Below, piece by piece: positions 25,062 through 36,974 of a stretch of DNA of 64,000 bases; the stretch's first letter is position 1; each line of letters begins with the position of its first letter. Position numbers and translations under genes: made by a program. The stretch is from contig ML978122.1 in NCBI GenBank assembly GCA_010015805.1, positions 2,080,453 to 2,144,452 on the forward strand, in the 5' to 3' direction. Source of the DNA: Rhizodiscina lignyota. Its lineage: Eukaryota. The notes beneath the pieces are model-generated. The model was given only the letters and a program-made list of their open reading frames with translations. It ran no database searches and had not been told where the DNA came from.

Positions 25062-25751
25062 TCAGTCCCGCCGAAACTTCTGTGGTATATTTTCTTCGAT
25101 CACACCGTTCGCAGCCGAAGCCTCTCTCTTCTCCCAAGCCTCCTGTTCCTCCTCCATCTGCTCGTGCTTCTTGAAATGCGCAATGTCCTCTGGATGTGTC
25201 AGGTCCTCCTCCTTCACATCATCGCCGCTGTGGTATTTCTCGAAATGGTGGATCTCGTATTCATACTCGTCGTCGCCGTGGTGGCCTGGGCCAAATCCCA
25301 AGTCTGGCAGCGCTACACCCTTTCCGCTCGCGACGGTGAATTCGGCATACGATATGGTACCAGACTTGTCAGTGTCGAAGAGATCGAGGACTTTCTGCAC
25401 GCCGGAGGCTTTGTCGGCCTCCGAAACGTGCGAGTTTGACTCGTCGAAGAGGCCGTAGGTGCGGCGGATGTCTTCTGGTGACCATTGGCCGGAGTCGTCA
25501 TAATCGTGGAGCTGGAAGAAGACACCAGAATCGAAGGAGGTTATATGATGTTCCTCTGCAAAAGTTATTTATGAGCTTGCGAACAAGCTTGAAGCAGTAA
25601 TTTCATTTCACTCACCTGCCATGTGTCGCGTCGCCCAATCCGCGTCTGCGGAAATTGGAATCTGATCGTGACCATGATCGCCATGCGCAAGGGAGAAAGA
25701 GGCCACAGAAGCTACCACAAATAGCGGCCTCAGAAGCATTCGTAGCTTCAT
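25062..25751 (-). CDS. SSP120: SSP120-like EF-hand secretory-pathway protein, 2 exons
   Basis: Signal peptide MKLRMLL..., DWATRHMA/EEHHITSFDSGVFFQLHDYDDSG, EF-hand DTDKSGTISYAE, GPGHHGDDEYEYEIHHFEKYH, IPQKFRR. Confidence 0.9.
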
Positions 25752-26379
25752 ATTGTTTGTGGATGCAAATGTTGTTTTGATGCGCGAGATGAATCTGGAC
25801 CTCGAGGTAACCTTTAGAGCGATATCTAGCTTGGGCCGCGGCTACTCTAACCAAAAATTGTTAAGGCGGCCTGGGCAATCGACCAATGCGGTTATCGTGC
25901 CGCCGGCGAAAATCTGGAGCTCGCTGAGATCCTCCATTTCGCGGGGGTCGACCAAGCTTTACATTCCATTAAATCGTACTCAAGTTACGCTTAAACTCAG
26001 CGCGGGAGGCTCCTTGATCAGAAGCCTCACATGGCAGATTTTCTAACGTCTTCTATCCTTGGCTCAACTACAAAGTCTTGACATTTATCAGCTACGAGCG
26101 AGCGGAGCTTACTAGTACAGACATTTCCCGGATTTGACACAGCTCATTCCCCACCATTAGAGATCCCCATGGGGTCCTTAAAGCGATATTCACCCATCTC
26201 CCAAAGTTCTATGAGATGTGTGTTCCTGGCCGACAAGTGCTATCGGTGCATTTGATGTCACACTTTACGGGCATTGCAGAGGCTCTACATACCCGTTATC
26301 CAGGCATACGTGACTTATCGCTACGGCAAGAAGAAGAACTTTGCACCGATGGCTTTTCGAATCGAACTGCCTCACACAC

Positions 26380-26553
26380 ATGCCGCATGATGGAGTGATA
26401 GTCACCTTGAAATTCGTGGTGTGAGAGGAGTGTCGGTCCATGATTACACGTGGCGAAACCAAACGGCGAAAGTGCGGCTCGGGCTTTGCCTGTCCTGCCC
26501 CATCCAGATCGTAATCATATCAGCGCATTCCCGATATGCAGAATGCCGCAAAC
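26380..26553. promoter_or_regulatory. Three GCCGCA/TGCGGC sites upstream of the aspartate kinase
   Basis: ATGCCGCA at 26380, TGCGGC at 26473 and ATGCCGCAAAC at 26543; TGATAG at 26396. Confidence 0.55.
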
Positions 26554-26738
26554 CTCGAATGGACTATGGACATGCCGCTTTCATACGGAAGAAGCACTGG
26601 GCGGCAATCTAAACCATATCGAAAGACTACAAAAAGGTAAGTACTTCTACTATTTCCTTCTTGCACTTCTTTCAGGCTATCCCCGCATTCCTTCTTCAGT
26701 TTCTCTACTTCCGAAGCTAGTTCCGAAGCTAGAACAAA

Positions 26739-28465
26739 ATGAGTCCCGCTATCCCCTGCAAGAGAGAATGGGTTGTGCAGAAGTATGGAGGCACGAGTTT
26801 GGGGAAGCTCCTCGATACCATTTGCGGTGAAATCATTCCCGCCTTTTCATACCAGTTCAACGTAGCCGTCATATGTTCCGCCATTTCCGGAAAGTCGAAG
26901 GCCTTAGGCACCACTAGCTTGCTCATTCAATGCATATCCGCCATCTCTTCATCAACAGAAGGTGCCGAAAACGAATTGAACGACACACTGGATCTTTTGA
27001 AGGACAACCATCTTAACATCATCAACTCCATTGCATCAGGGCTGAATCCAGATGCCCAGCAGATATGTCAACGGGCCGCTAACGCGATATCGAAGGAGTG
27101 CGAGCAGATGCGTGCGTTCATGCTGGCAGCACAAACTGTTGGCGAGCTTTCACCTCGTTCAAGAGATCGAATATTGGCACTTGGAGAAAGGCTTGCTTGT
27201 TCGATAGTCGCCACCACACTTCAAGTCAAGGGCGTTCCTGCGCAGCCCGTGTTTCTTGATAATCTCGTCGAAGAAACCTTCGGCCCATCGGTAGCTACCC
27301 AGCGAGACGCGTTCGAAACCCTCGGAGCAGACGTATACCCACTTTTATCACAACAAATTGCACGGAAAATCCAAGACTGCGATGGCGCTATTCCCATTAT
27401 TACAGGTTTCTTCGGCATCGTGCCGAACTCATTGATAGCTACCGTTGGCCGAGGGTACTCCGACTTCTGCGCAGCCCTCTGCGCAGTCGGCTTAGGGGCT
27501 CGCGAACTCCAGATATGGAAAGAAGTTGATGGAATCTTCACGGCAGATCCGAGGAAGATTCCGTCCGCTCGTTTATTACCGGCAGTAACATTCGAAGAAG
27601 CTGCCGAGTTGACATACTACGGTAGCGAAGTCGTTCATCCGATGGCGGTGGATCAAATACGTCACGCCGGTATTCGCTTGCAGCTGAAGAATGTATTCAA
27701 TCCTGCTGGAGCTGGCACTAGAATCTATCCAACGAGCACTCCATTGCCGTCCCCTCCAACCTCGGAAGCCCCCACTCCTCGGAGTACATCGCCTTCACGA
27801 GCTTCAGCGCCGCCTCTGGCATGCATGCTGATCGGCTATCACGGAAATCTGGAAAATCGTCGTACTCCAACAGCAGTTACTGTCAAGGACCCTATCACGG
27901 TTGTGAATGTCCTGTGCAACCAAAAGCGAAAGTCTTCCACGTTCCTTCTCAACGTTCTGGAGCAAGTAGCCAAGCACAATCTGGATATCGACCTTGTCAC
28001 CAGCAGTGAAAAGAGCGTCAGCTTTGCACTGGAGAATGTCGACGACAGGCAGCGGCTACGGAGGCTCATCACCGTGCTGGAGGACTTCGGCTGTGTCACT
28101 GTGTCCGAGGACCGAGCGATAATATCAGTGGTCGGCCACAAGATGAGGAACATGGTCGGAGTATCAAGTACGTTTGTGATTGATAACATTTCGGGACATA
28201 ACTGACCATTTCAGGCGAGATCCTCTCCGCGTTAGCAGCGGCCAAAATCAACGTTCATATGATAAGCCAAGGTGCCAGCGAAATCAATATCTCGTAAGTC
28301 ACATATTTTCCGCTTAGATTTCGACCACTAACGGGTATTCATAGTGCGGTCGTGCGCAAGGATCAAGCACTACTCGCGATGGAGGTCATTCATCAAAATG
28401 TCTTAAAGATTCCATCAAGGACCGAAGTAGAGAATAACTTCATCAAGGGTCCGTGGCTGTATTAG
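26739..28465 (+). CDS. HOM3: Aspartate kinase (HOM3 family) with divergent ACT domain, 3 exons
   Basis: WVVQKYGGTS, AVICSAIS, GERLAC, ITGFFG, VGRGYSD, IWKEVDGIFTADPRK, EEAAELTYYGSEVVHP, and after the introns INVHMISQGASEINIS. Stop is at 28463-28465. Confidence 0.93.
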
Positions 28466-29202
28466 TACCTTTGCGGTAAAGCGTCGTGAGAAAAGCGTCC
28501 TTCTGTATGATTTCATTAGCATGGCATTTGGCGCGATGGATGAGATATGTGGGAAATTTCTATTTCAGCTGCGTTACATATGCACGCAAAGTTTCGCGGT
28601 CAAAGCGCAGGTGTCGGGGAACACTTTAGAGTAGAGTCGAGCTGCTTACGCACAATTGTTGCGCGCTCTCATGTAAATTACCTTAAATATAAGGAAAATG
28701 ACCTTTGCAAAGTACGTCGCAGAGATAAATCAACTATCGTTCTCAGTGTTTGTTGATAAGAATACCGTGGATGGGAGGGAAGTGCTAGCAAAGCTCGCGA
28801 GGAAACAAGTTTTGCTGGCCAAGTCGTCAGGCTCGAGCAGCTTCCGCGAATACTCAGACTATTAGCGAGTGCTATGTGCAATTCGCGGAAGCCCGTCATT
28901 GACGCACCGCCTACTGCCCTCGAGCTCTTCTTCGGGAAACATTGAGCGGCTCTATCAACATGTGCGGATACTTGCGGGAAACTGGGTCGAAGAAATGGGC
29001 AACTCTCTTTTATTCCTAGCACACGGTTGGTGAAAATTTACCGTGATATATGGATTAGCCTTTCTAACAGGACCTTTCCTGCAGTCTAATTCTTCGTCCA
29101 TAAAGGTGATGACCTCTTGTAACTCCTTGACCCCAAATACGAAAAGCACAACACGATATGTACACAAGGTAACAGAGACAAAACTCTTTAATACAGGTTG
29201 AA

Positions 29203-30673
29203 TCATTCCTCCATTTCGCCGACCATGCTCGCCCCATTTGCGTCAATATGAAGGTCAGCATTTCCGGCTACAAGTGGCTCACCCTCGTATATCTGAGGAT
29301 GCTTGTTCTGTAAATGCTCGATCATCAATCGGTCCAAGTCCTCAAAGTCAAGCAGAAAGCCGTCGTGTCCGTTTGTCGATGAGAGCATGTGAAGTCTCGC
29401 GTCCGGTAGTGCATTGGCTAACTGTCTCTGCTCCTCTGGTGTGAAGAGAATGTCAGATTCAACGCCGACGACTAACGCGCCTGGCTCGACCGCTGAGAGA
29501 ACGGATTCGAAGTCGTCCTCAGTAGGGCATTCAGCACCATTCGAATTAGTTGCCCGGCCTCGACATATGTCGTGAGAGTCCATCTTGTTCAAAAGATGCA
29601 GATAACAGTTCGCGTCGAATCTGGAAAGGAATTTGGAGCCTTGATAACCAAGATAGCCTTGAACGGAGAAATGCGGATGTAGTTTCCGTTTATGGGAATC
29701 GGAGTTGCTGCTATTGACAGCTACGTTGCTCACTGAACTGTGAGAATGATTTGACTGCTTCGACTTCTTCGTGACTGTCTTGTTAGGTTTCCGTCCAAAT
29801 CGCGCCTCAAAGCTCGTGGATGATCGATAGGTCAACATAGCAATCATGCGAGCCGCGGCCAATCCAGAGGCAGGCTGGCTTGAAGGATGTGGCTCGTAGT
29901 GCCCGCCGCGGAAGAGAGAGTCGTTCTGTATACATTGACGTTGTGTTTCGGCCCAGGCAATTCCCCATGCGCTATGAGAGAGCGATGTAGCGATCGTAAC
30001 GAGGGTCTTAACATAGTGTGGAGGCGTGCAAAGTCCCCATTCCAGAGCCGTCATGCCTCCCATTGAGCCGCCAACGACTGCAGCTACAGACGAGACACCA
30101 AGGGCGTCAAGGACAAGCTTTTGAGCACTGGTATTTCTGTTAACGACTGACATTGTAGATTCCTTGGAAACTGATCAGGTGGCATGCTTACTTCACATCA
30201 TCTCTGGCAGTAGTTGCAGGGAAGTCAGCTCCATACGGTTTGCTTGTCGCAGGGTTGATGTTGAGAGAAGAACTGCTCCCATACGGCGATCCGAGGCAGT
30301 TTCCACAAAAGATGAAGAACCTTGTCGGGTCCAGTGTCTTGCCAGGACCGAAGAGAGGATGCCACCAGTCAACCAGGTCGCTGCTTCCCGTCAAAGCATG
30401 ACACACGACGAGGACGTTATCCCTCTTGTCATTTAACTTCCCCCATGTCTTGTACGCAATCTGGCAGTTTGAAAGTGTCTCGCCAGATTCTAGGGTGAAG
30501 GAAGGGATGACTGCGAACTTCTGGTTACGGATGAGGCGAGAGTAATGATGCTCCTGTGCGAGACTGGATTCAAGACGAGCCTCTGCATAGTCTTGCGACG
30601 TGAGACGCATCGATAATGTTCGGTTTGACAATTCTTGGACCGTGGTCAATGGAGATTGTAGGGAGGAAGACAT
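29203..30673 (-). CDS. MET2: Homoserine O-acetyltransferase (MET2/MetX family), 2 exons
   Basis: ATG MSSSLQ at 30673 (30709 is a GTG). Motifs: FTLESGETL, CHALTGSSD, CGNCLGSPYGSSS, catalytic GGSMGG, RFDANCY, ESDILF, GHDGFLL. Confidence 0.93.
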
Positions 30674-31032
30674 GTTGCTAACTTGCGTCGTCGACGATGA
30701 GAGATACACTAGGATGCAGAAGCGATGTGTTCATTTTCTGATAGTAACAACCAGTGGTTTTACCTTTATCAGTAGTCGAAGTACCAATATCGGTATCTAA
30801 TGCAGTTCAGAAACCTTGTTGAAGTTTGCGGCATGGTGCGGCACGTTTTCTACGTTCGGGCTTTGCTTTCTGACGTGCATTCGATCCTTGAACCCGCAAA
30901 ATCGAGAACGTCAACAAACAGCTTCGGCGAAGATAACGTCGCAATGCCGCATAACTCCTTATTTGGTAGCTTCTTAAGCAGCCGTAAGGGTCTAATGTCT
31001 CTGGGCTGATCAGCACGCGATAAAGAGAAATC
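30674..31032. promoter_or_regulatory. Bidirectional MET2/nitrilase promoter with two inverted ATGCCGCA sites and four HGATAR sites
   Basis: TGCGGCAT at 30827-30834 and ATGCCGCA at 30944-30951. GATA sites at 30739, 30766 (reverse), 30931 and 31018. Confidence 0.6.
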
Positions 31033-32615
31033 ATGTCTGAAGGCGCAAACGGGTTCGTGAAAGTCGCTGCTGTTCAGGCTGCACCTATCTCATTTGATTT
31101 GCCAAAGTCCCTGCAGAAGCTATCTGGACTGTCTGCAGAGGCAGCATCGAAGGGTGCTCAAATCGTTGTGTTTCCGTGAGGAGCTGTTCTCAGCCCTGAC
31201 GCAAGATCAAACGGCTGATACCCAAGTAGGGAAGGATTCCTAACAGCTTATCCATGGAGATATGCCTTTGATGCAACGATTGGTGCACGAGAGCCTCGTG
31301 GTTTGTGCAGACATTATTTTCCAAGATATTCGCATTCTGATGTACGTTCGCAGGTCGAAAGTGGTATGCACGGTATTATGAATCGGCTGTAGGCATCCCG
31401 TCGCCCGAATGCGATTTTCTCGCAGAAGTCGCAAAGAGCAATCAGATCTATTTATCAGTTGGTATCATCGAAAAGGATCAAGGGTGAGTCATGCCTTTGT
31501 CCGATTGTTCCGATGGTCCCGCCAAGCCCATGCAACGATCGTGTCAGAGTAGATCGAATGGTTCCAGAGAAATGAAATCAACAGGATATGGGTCCACATC
31601 AATAGCTTATTCCTGTAACTTTGCTAACGTGTTCTTCGTGTGCGTAGGACGCTATATTGTACAGCACTGCTGCTGGGAAAGGATGGCACTATTCTGTCTC
31701 GGCACCGTAAAGTGAGTAATCGAGAACTCTGAAATTGCGATGGAAGATTTCGCTGACTGTTGACACAGTTGATCCCAACAGCAGCAGAACGCCTTGTCTG
31801 GGGTCGTGGTGCTGGCGATGGATTGAATGTAGTGCAGACGGAACTCGGAAAGATTGGAGGATTAATTTGGTGAGTCGCACGACCAAGCCTGACCACGAAC
31901 GATGACTCTAATATGAGAACTGTAAAGCTGGGAGAATTATATGCCAGCTGCAAGATTAGCACTATATCAGCAAGGTATCGAGTAAGTGAATACGAATCAA
32001 AAGATGCAAATTGTGCGTTAATTCGGAGACCTGCAGGATATATTTAGCGCCCAATGCGGATGATCTTCCCGAGTGGACTGCTACAATGAAGCATATTGCG
32101 AAAGAGGGAAGATGCTTCGTGGTGAATGTCAATCAATTCTGCAAGGTCGGCAAGAACTTCGAATGGAGGAGAAAATCACTGACGATGTGCTCAGGTCTCG
32201 GATTTCCCCTCTGATTACCCTCCGTTTACGGAAGATCACTACGACCGTAAACCAGACGGATCTAAATGGCAGCCGGATGACATCCTAAGCCACGGTGGAT
32301 CATGTGTAGTGGGACCGTTGGGGACCTTTCTCGCGGAGCCAGTATGGGATAGAGAAGAGATCGTCTACGCAACTCTCCGATCAATGGATATAGTTGAAGC
32401 ACGAGTAAGTTGCCCATGTACATTCCAACGCAAAGACCTGCTGACCAAGTGAAAGCTCGATTTTGACCCTGTTGGAAGCTATGCACGACCCGACGTATTG
32501 TAAGTTGTCATGTTCGCTTCGAATTGGATGCGGATGCATTGGTTAACAGCGTATTAGCTCCTTGACAGTGAATACAAAGCCAGGAGTCAATGTTCGTTTC
32601 GATGGGAAGCTGTAG
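31033..32615 (+). CDS. Nitrilase (plant NIT4-like branch), 10 exons, largely missed by the ORF track
   Basis: Spliced by eye: [23 protein letters not shown] (Glu), [22 protein letters not shown] (Lys), [14 protein letters not shown] (Cys), [35 protein letters not shown]. Nine GT-AG introns. Confidence 0.92.
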
Positions 32616-33410
32616 TAGAATCGGAGTTTGAGCTGGACGATGATGCATAGACTTAAGGTACGGAGTATGGAGTATTGTAGGCGGTTAGCATACGTTGAAT
32701 ACAATATCTACAAAGCTACTCAGGCCTTGTGCATGCCTTCAAAACTTTTGCAAGTAGACATGCAGATACCATTGGTAGGGCTGGAGTAGACGAGTCTTCG
32801 CGCTGGGGAACGCCAGGACGCGTGACGCGTGCTACGGATCGCGAAATGGCGCATCTTTGTTTCCCCGATGTCCGAAGGTTCATTTTTGGTAGCGAGTGAA
32901 ACTCCAACGACCTCGGGAGTTTTTGTCCGCTCAATGAGCATATTCTCTATGCCACAGCAAGCCGAATGAAACATTCTTTCTACGCCTCGCATGGTGATCC
33001 GGATCTATCATTTCAAAGTCGTGTGGATCTTGTTGAACTTTTTCGGCTTCCTGCTACACGATTTAACCGACGCTACGCCGTTGCGTGAACAGCGCCAACC
33101 GTAGGTTGCACGCCTGTCTCAATTGTCTCTCTAGTTCTTCTCTATGTGGTCTGAATATCATCTGATTCATTTTGCCTCGTTTGATGGAGCTTAGCGGAGG
33201 GAGTGTGCAGTCCTATGGGTGAGCGATAAGGCCGCAGGGATCGTGTGATTGCGGGCCGCATTGCTTTTCTTATCGGCATCGTTGGCATCTCACTGTCGCA
33301 CGACACCTCCAGTCAATTGAGCAGCGGCCTTTTCGGCGTTCATGAGGACAGAGTCTGTCTTTATGTCGTAATTGCGCCCTTTCGTACTCAACAGGCGGAA
33401 AGTAAGCAAA

Positions 33411-36056
33411 ATGCAAACGACTAAGAGGAAGTTCGCAACTCCACCCGTGAAGTCCGCTTGTACAGCATGGTACGAACACCGCGCCCTAAGGATTACCGAC
33501 TTTAGAAGCTGACGTCCCGTCTCTTTGCAGTAGAGCATCCAGGACTCGCTGTGATGGAAAAGAAAAGTGTACACCGGTATGACTGAACTCCACAACTAAT
33601 TTCCGCTATAAATTGGCTAACACACAAGTCAATAGTGTGAGAACAAAGGCAGAGAGTGTGTTTATATTCCAAGCAGAAGAGGAGGACCAAGGATATCACG
33701 GAGAAAGAGAGCTCAATTGTTAGAGCAATCGTCGTTGACCGAGCGTACGATTTACGAAGAAGATAACGATACAACTTCGTCGCAACGAGGAGGCACTGCG
33801 CACTCGACAGATTTGTGGCCAAGTGCAGTGCATTTCTCTGAGAGTGTGCTTGCTATGGTCAATCCAGGCGCCGGCCTAACGCGACAGAACAACTCGCAAG
33901 ATTTATTTCAGGATTCCGATATGATCTTTGATAGTATATTTAATCTTCCAACTCCGCCGTCGAGCGCCCCAGAATCGAATTGTCAAGAGGATCTTCCTAA
34001 ACCGACCACGCCGGTGGTCCGAACATATGCAAATGATATAGAAATGTAAGACTCCACGACAATACGACTCTAGAATCCAAGCGGCTAACTCCTACTGCTA
34101 CAAGGTTGAACGGATACTATATCTTCATACACCAATACTTCCCAATTCTACCTCCTCCAGTATCTTCCACAACGATCGTTGACAACTCTATCGCTCGCTC
34201 TCAGGATGAGTTGGATGATGGCGATGTAACTTTTTGTCCTTCTTCGCCGCTGAGTCTGGCGATAGCTGCTATCTTAGCATTGATTCCTCACGATCAATGC
34301 CCGGAGCCTTCTAGCGAGGACGCCATCGTATTTCGGAGGCGTTACTCACACTTCCTTGTTCAATCCGCTATGGAGAGCATTGATATCGAATCTGAAATGC
34401 CCGGGTCGTCTACGTCTCCTGATAAAGCGCTTTCTGAGGACCACGCTGGATGCCCCCGTGCTCCGTTTCACCCGATGGTTCCAGTTGAGCTAGAAAGCGT
34501 AATTGCGTTGGCTTTGTTAAGCATATATGAATACTCTCAGCGGGGAAATATAGCCAGAATGCGGAATAGAGCCGGGCAGGCCCTAGTTAATGCCATGGAT
34601 TTGTGCTTGCACTCAGCCGGCGAAGAGTACGACCACTTTGAAGAAGCAAGAAGGCGAGCCTGGTGGATGACGGTGAGCATATCCCATGGCAAATGCAAAG
34701 TAATAAGTACAATATGCGCTGATTCAAGTGATGACAGTACGTGTGTGTTTGTCAAGGAAGTATCTATTCAAGCACGGTTAGTTTCATCTCACACATCGAA
34801 TATCGTAATCGGCTCCCCATCTTTCGGGCCAGAGCCACTGTTCTCTACCAGCTTTTGGTGGCTGCTACGCCGTGCCCTAACTCTACACAATATTAAACTC
34901 GCTCGAACGAAACAGTTTGCTGAGTGCAGAAGTGTACTTCTTCGCCAGTCGCTCTAAAACTTGCCTTCCGTTTAGAAAGAGTAAAACTGACTATATCTAC
35001 AGCCGCCGATAATATCCGTGCTAGACCCGTCATTTACCAGACAATATCCCTCCATTGCAGCCGATGCGGAGGCCTGGCCGTTCTTTATCGAATCACAGCA
35101 AACAATATTACGAGCGACTCAGTTCGTTGCAGATCTCAACAAGACGTTGGAAAAGGGCGAAGATCTCCAGATTATACGTACACGCATGCAGGAGCTGGAA
35201 TCTGATCTGGTGCCACTGGTCGCCAAAGCGGATGCGTTTGCCCAAGGCATTCCGAGCTTCAACCCGATCGATTCCGAGGAAGAAATCGTTGCGGAAACGT
35301 TGAAAGTGATGGCCCGAATCAAGATCAACAGGTATGTTCCGTATTCAGGTACGAATTTATTTCTAACGTCACCGAAGCGCTCGAATTAAGCTACATCGAT
35401 ATTGCGCATTTTTCGATCACCCGATCTTCAGCCGCAAGCACTGCGATCTTAAACCTGTTCCACTCCCAGGATCAGTTGGCCGAGGCCGAACAGCCTCTAT
35501 CTCCTCAATAGGATGCGGTTGCAGTGGATCCTTCGGCATGATGATCGAATCATCGCCGGGAGGCGGAATCCCCTCAAAGGACTTGCCCACGTTTTCAAAC
35601 GATGACGATGCACTTGAGCAGTTTCCTTTCAGCAGCCGAACTTCGCAGAAGATCTGCCTCAAAGCGGCTCTGAATATCGTTCAGTCGTTTGAGGCTTTGC
35701 CCTATCCGTTTGTAGTCTCAAACAAGCAAATTCCTCGTACAATGCCCTCCATGTCTTGTTGTGCGATGCAATCGAGCTATGCTCTTTTGATGTTGCGCCA
35801 GAAGACGTTGTCAGAGCAGAGGTGTTCGAATGACGTATACGTTCAGACATTGTTTGTCAAGATTCACAGGGCGCTGCAGTCCATTGCAGGGACGTTGGAC
35901 AACTACGCGATAGCTGCAGAAGCAATAGCTGGAATGCGAGGTGTGTATACTCCACAAGGTCTTGGGTTGAAGCTGTGGAAAGCGTCCGACAATGGAGAAG
36001 CTGATTCGCTTTCAGATCAAATACGAGAGTCGATACAAGTTCACTTTGGCGGTTGA
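33411..36056 (+). CDS. Zn2Cys6 transcription factor with fungal-specific TF middle domain, multi-exon
   Basis: MQTTKRKFATPPVKSACTAC/RASRTRCDGKEKCTP/CENKGRECVYIPSRRGGPR across two short introns, then YYIFIHQYFPILP, LLSIYEYSQRGN, EARRRAWWMT, ARIKLHRYCAFFD, PRTMPSMSCCAMQSSY. Confidence 0.9.
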
Positions 36057-36474
36057 AGCCGCAAGCGAGTAGAGAGGCCTTGGCTATTGGCAAGGGTGGA
36101 GGCAGAGAAGGAGCGGCATTACTGCATCGAATGCGGTGAAAGCAGTCAGTGCGAACAGTGGTGCAGCCCCTTTGAACTTGGTGCCCCTTCGAGTACACAT
36201 CTTAGGTGCTGCGAACACGTGCGCCCAACAAGCTGGCAGTCTTAACTTTGTATTATTACTGGTATTAGCGCGTTGCATGCAAGCGGCAAATAACAGCGGT
36301 ATTGGACGCGGAAATCCGTGGATTTGGTGGAAGCACTGCAAAGTACAGGAAACGCTCTGGAACTCTTGGAATCGGCGGCAGTGTTCTTCAGGATGATGGC
36401 GGCTGCCGGAGTGGGATAGCGATAGGGGAGCGAGCATGCTGGTGGCATCCAGTTTGAATTAGGTTTCCGCTCCC

Positions 36475-36754
36475 CCGCATTTGCGGCGATGTTCAGATAG
36501 AAACGATTGTAGATAAACTTGCAGCTCTTTCGCGCGAGTGGCATACTTGGACAAAATACAACGAACACCTGAGCAAGTTCAACGCCGCATCAACACAAAG
36601 CCCTTGCAAGCCGCTTTACATCTCCCCCACACATGAGAACGTCTCTTATCAGTGCCCTGTCTATTTCTTCCTGTATGTGGGATCCAATTGTATGGGATTA
36701 CGGTGTGCTAGGATCCGCCGGGATCTCTCGGTGTTTGAACTATTATCTGCGGCA
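36475..36754. promoter_or_regulatory. GCCGCA/TGCGGC and GATA site cluster upstream of the MET17 paralog
   Basis: CCGCATTTGCGG at 36475-36486, GCCGCA at 36584 and TTATCTGCGGCA at 36743-36754. Further GATA sites at 36495, 36511 and 36646. Confidence 0.55.
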
Positions 36755-36974
36755 CAAGGATCCAATGATGACCGCAAGGTACATGGTTACCCAAGTTGGC
36801 AAGGTCGTCTAGAAGCTATGTTCTGGAATTGATAGTTCACAAGTATATCAATGGCAGTTTAGAATGTTTATTTCCTGCCTCATTGTCATTGCAAGATATC
36901 ATTTCCATTAGCCACCGCTACATCCTTTCATTGAATTGACATCTTACGACATCTCTTTATTTTCGACCAGCAAA

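Noticed and set aside
26637..26732. 5' UTR intron or upstream coding exon for the aspartate kinase (GTAAGT at 26637; ttccgaagctag x2 at 26709-26732)
   Set aside because: There is no CTRAY branch site, and the upstream ATGs do not splice in frame. This is more likely a CT-rich core promoter with a trivial 12-bp duplication.
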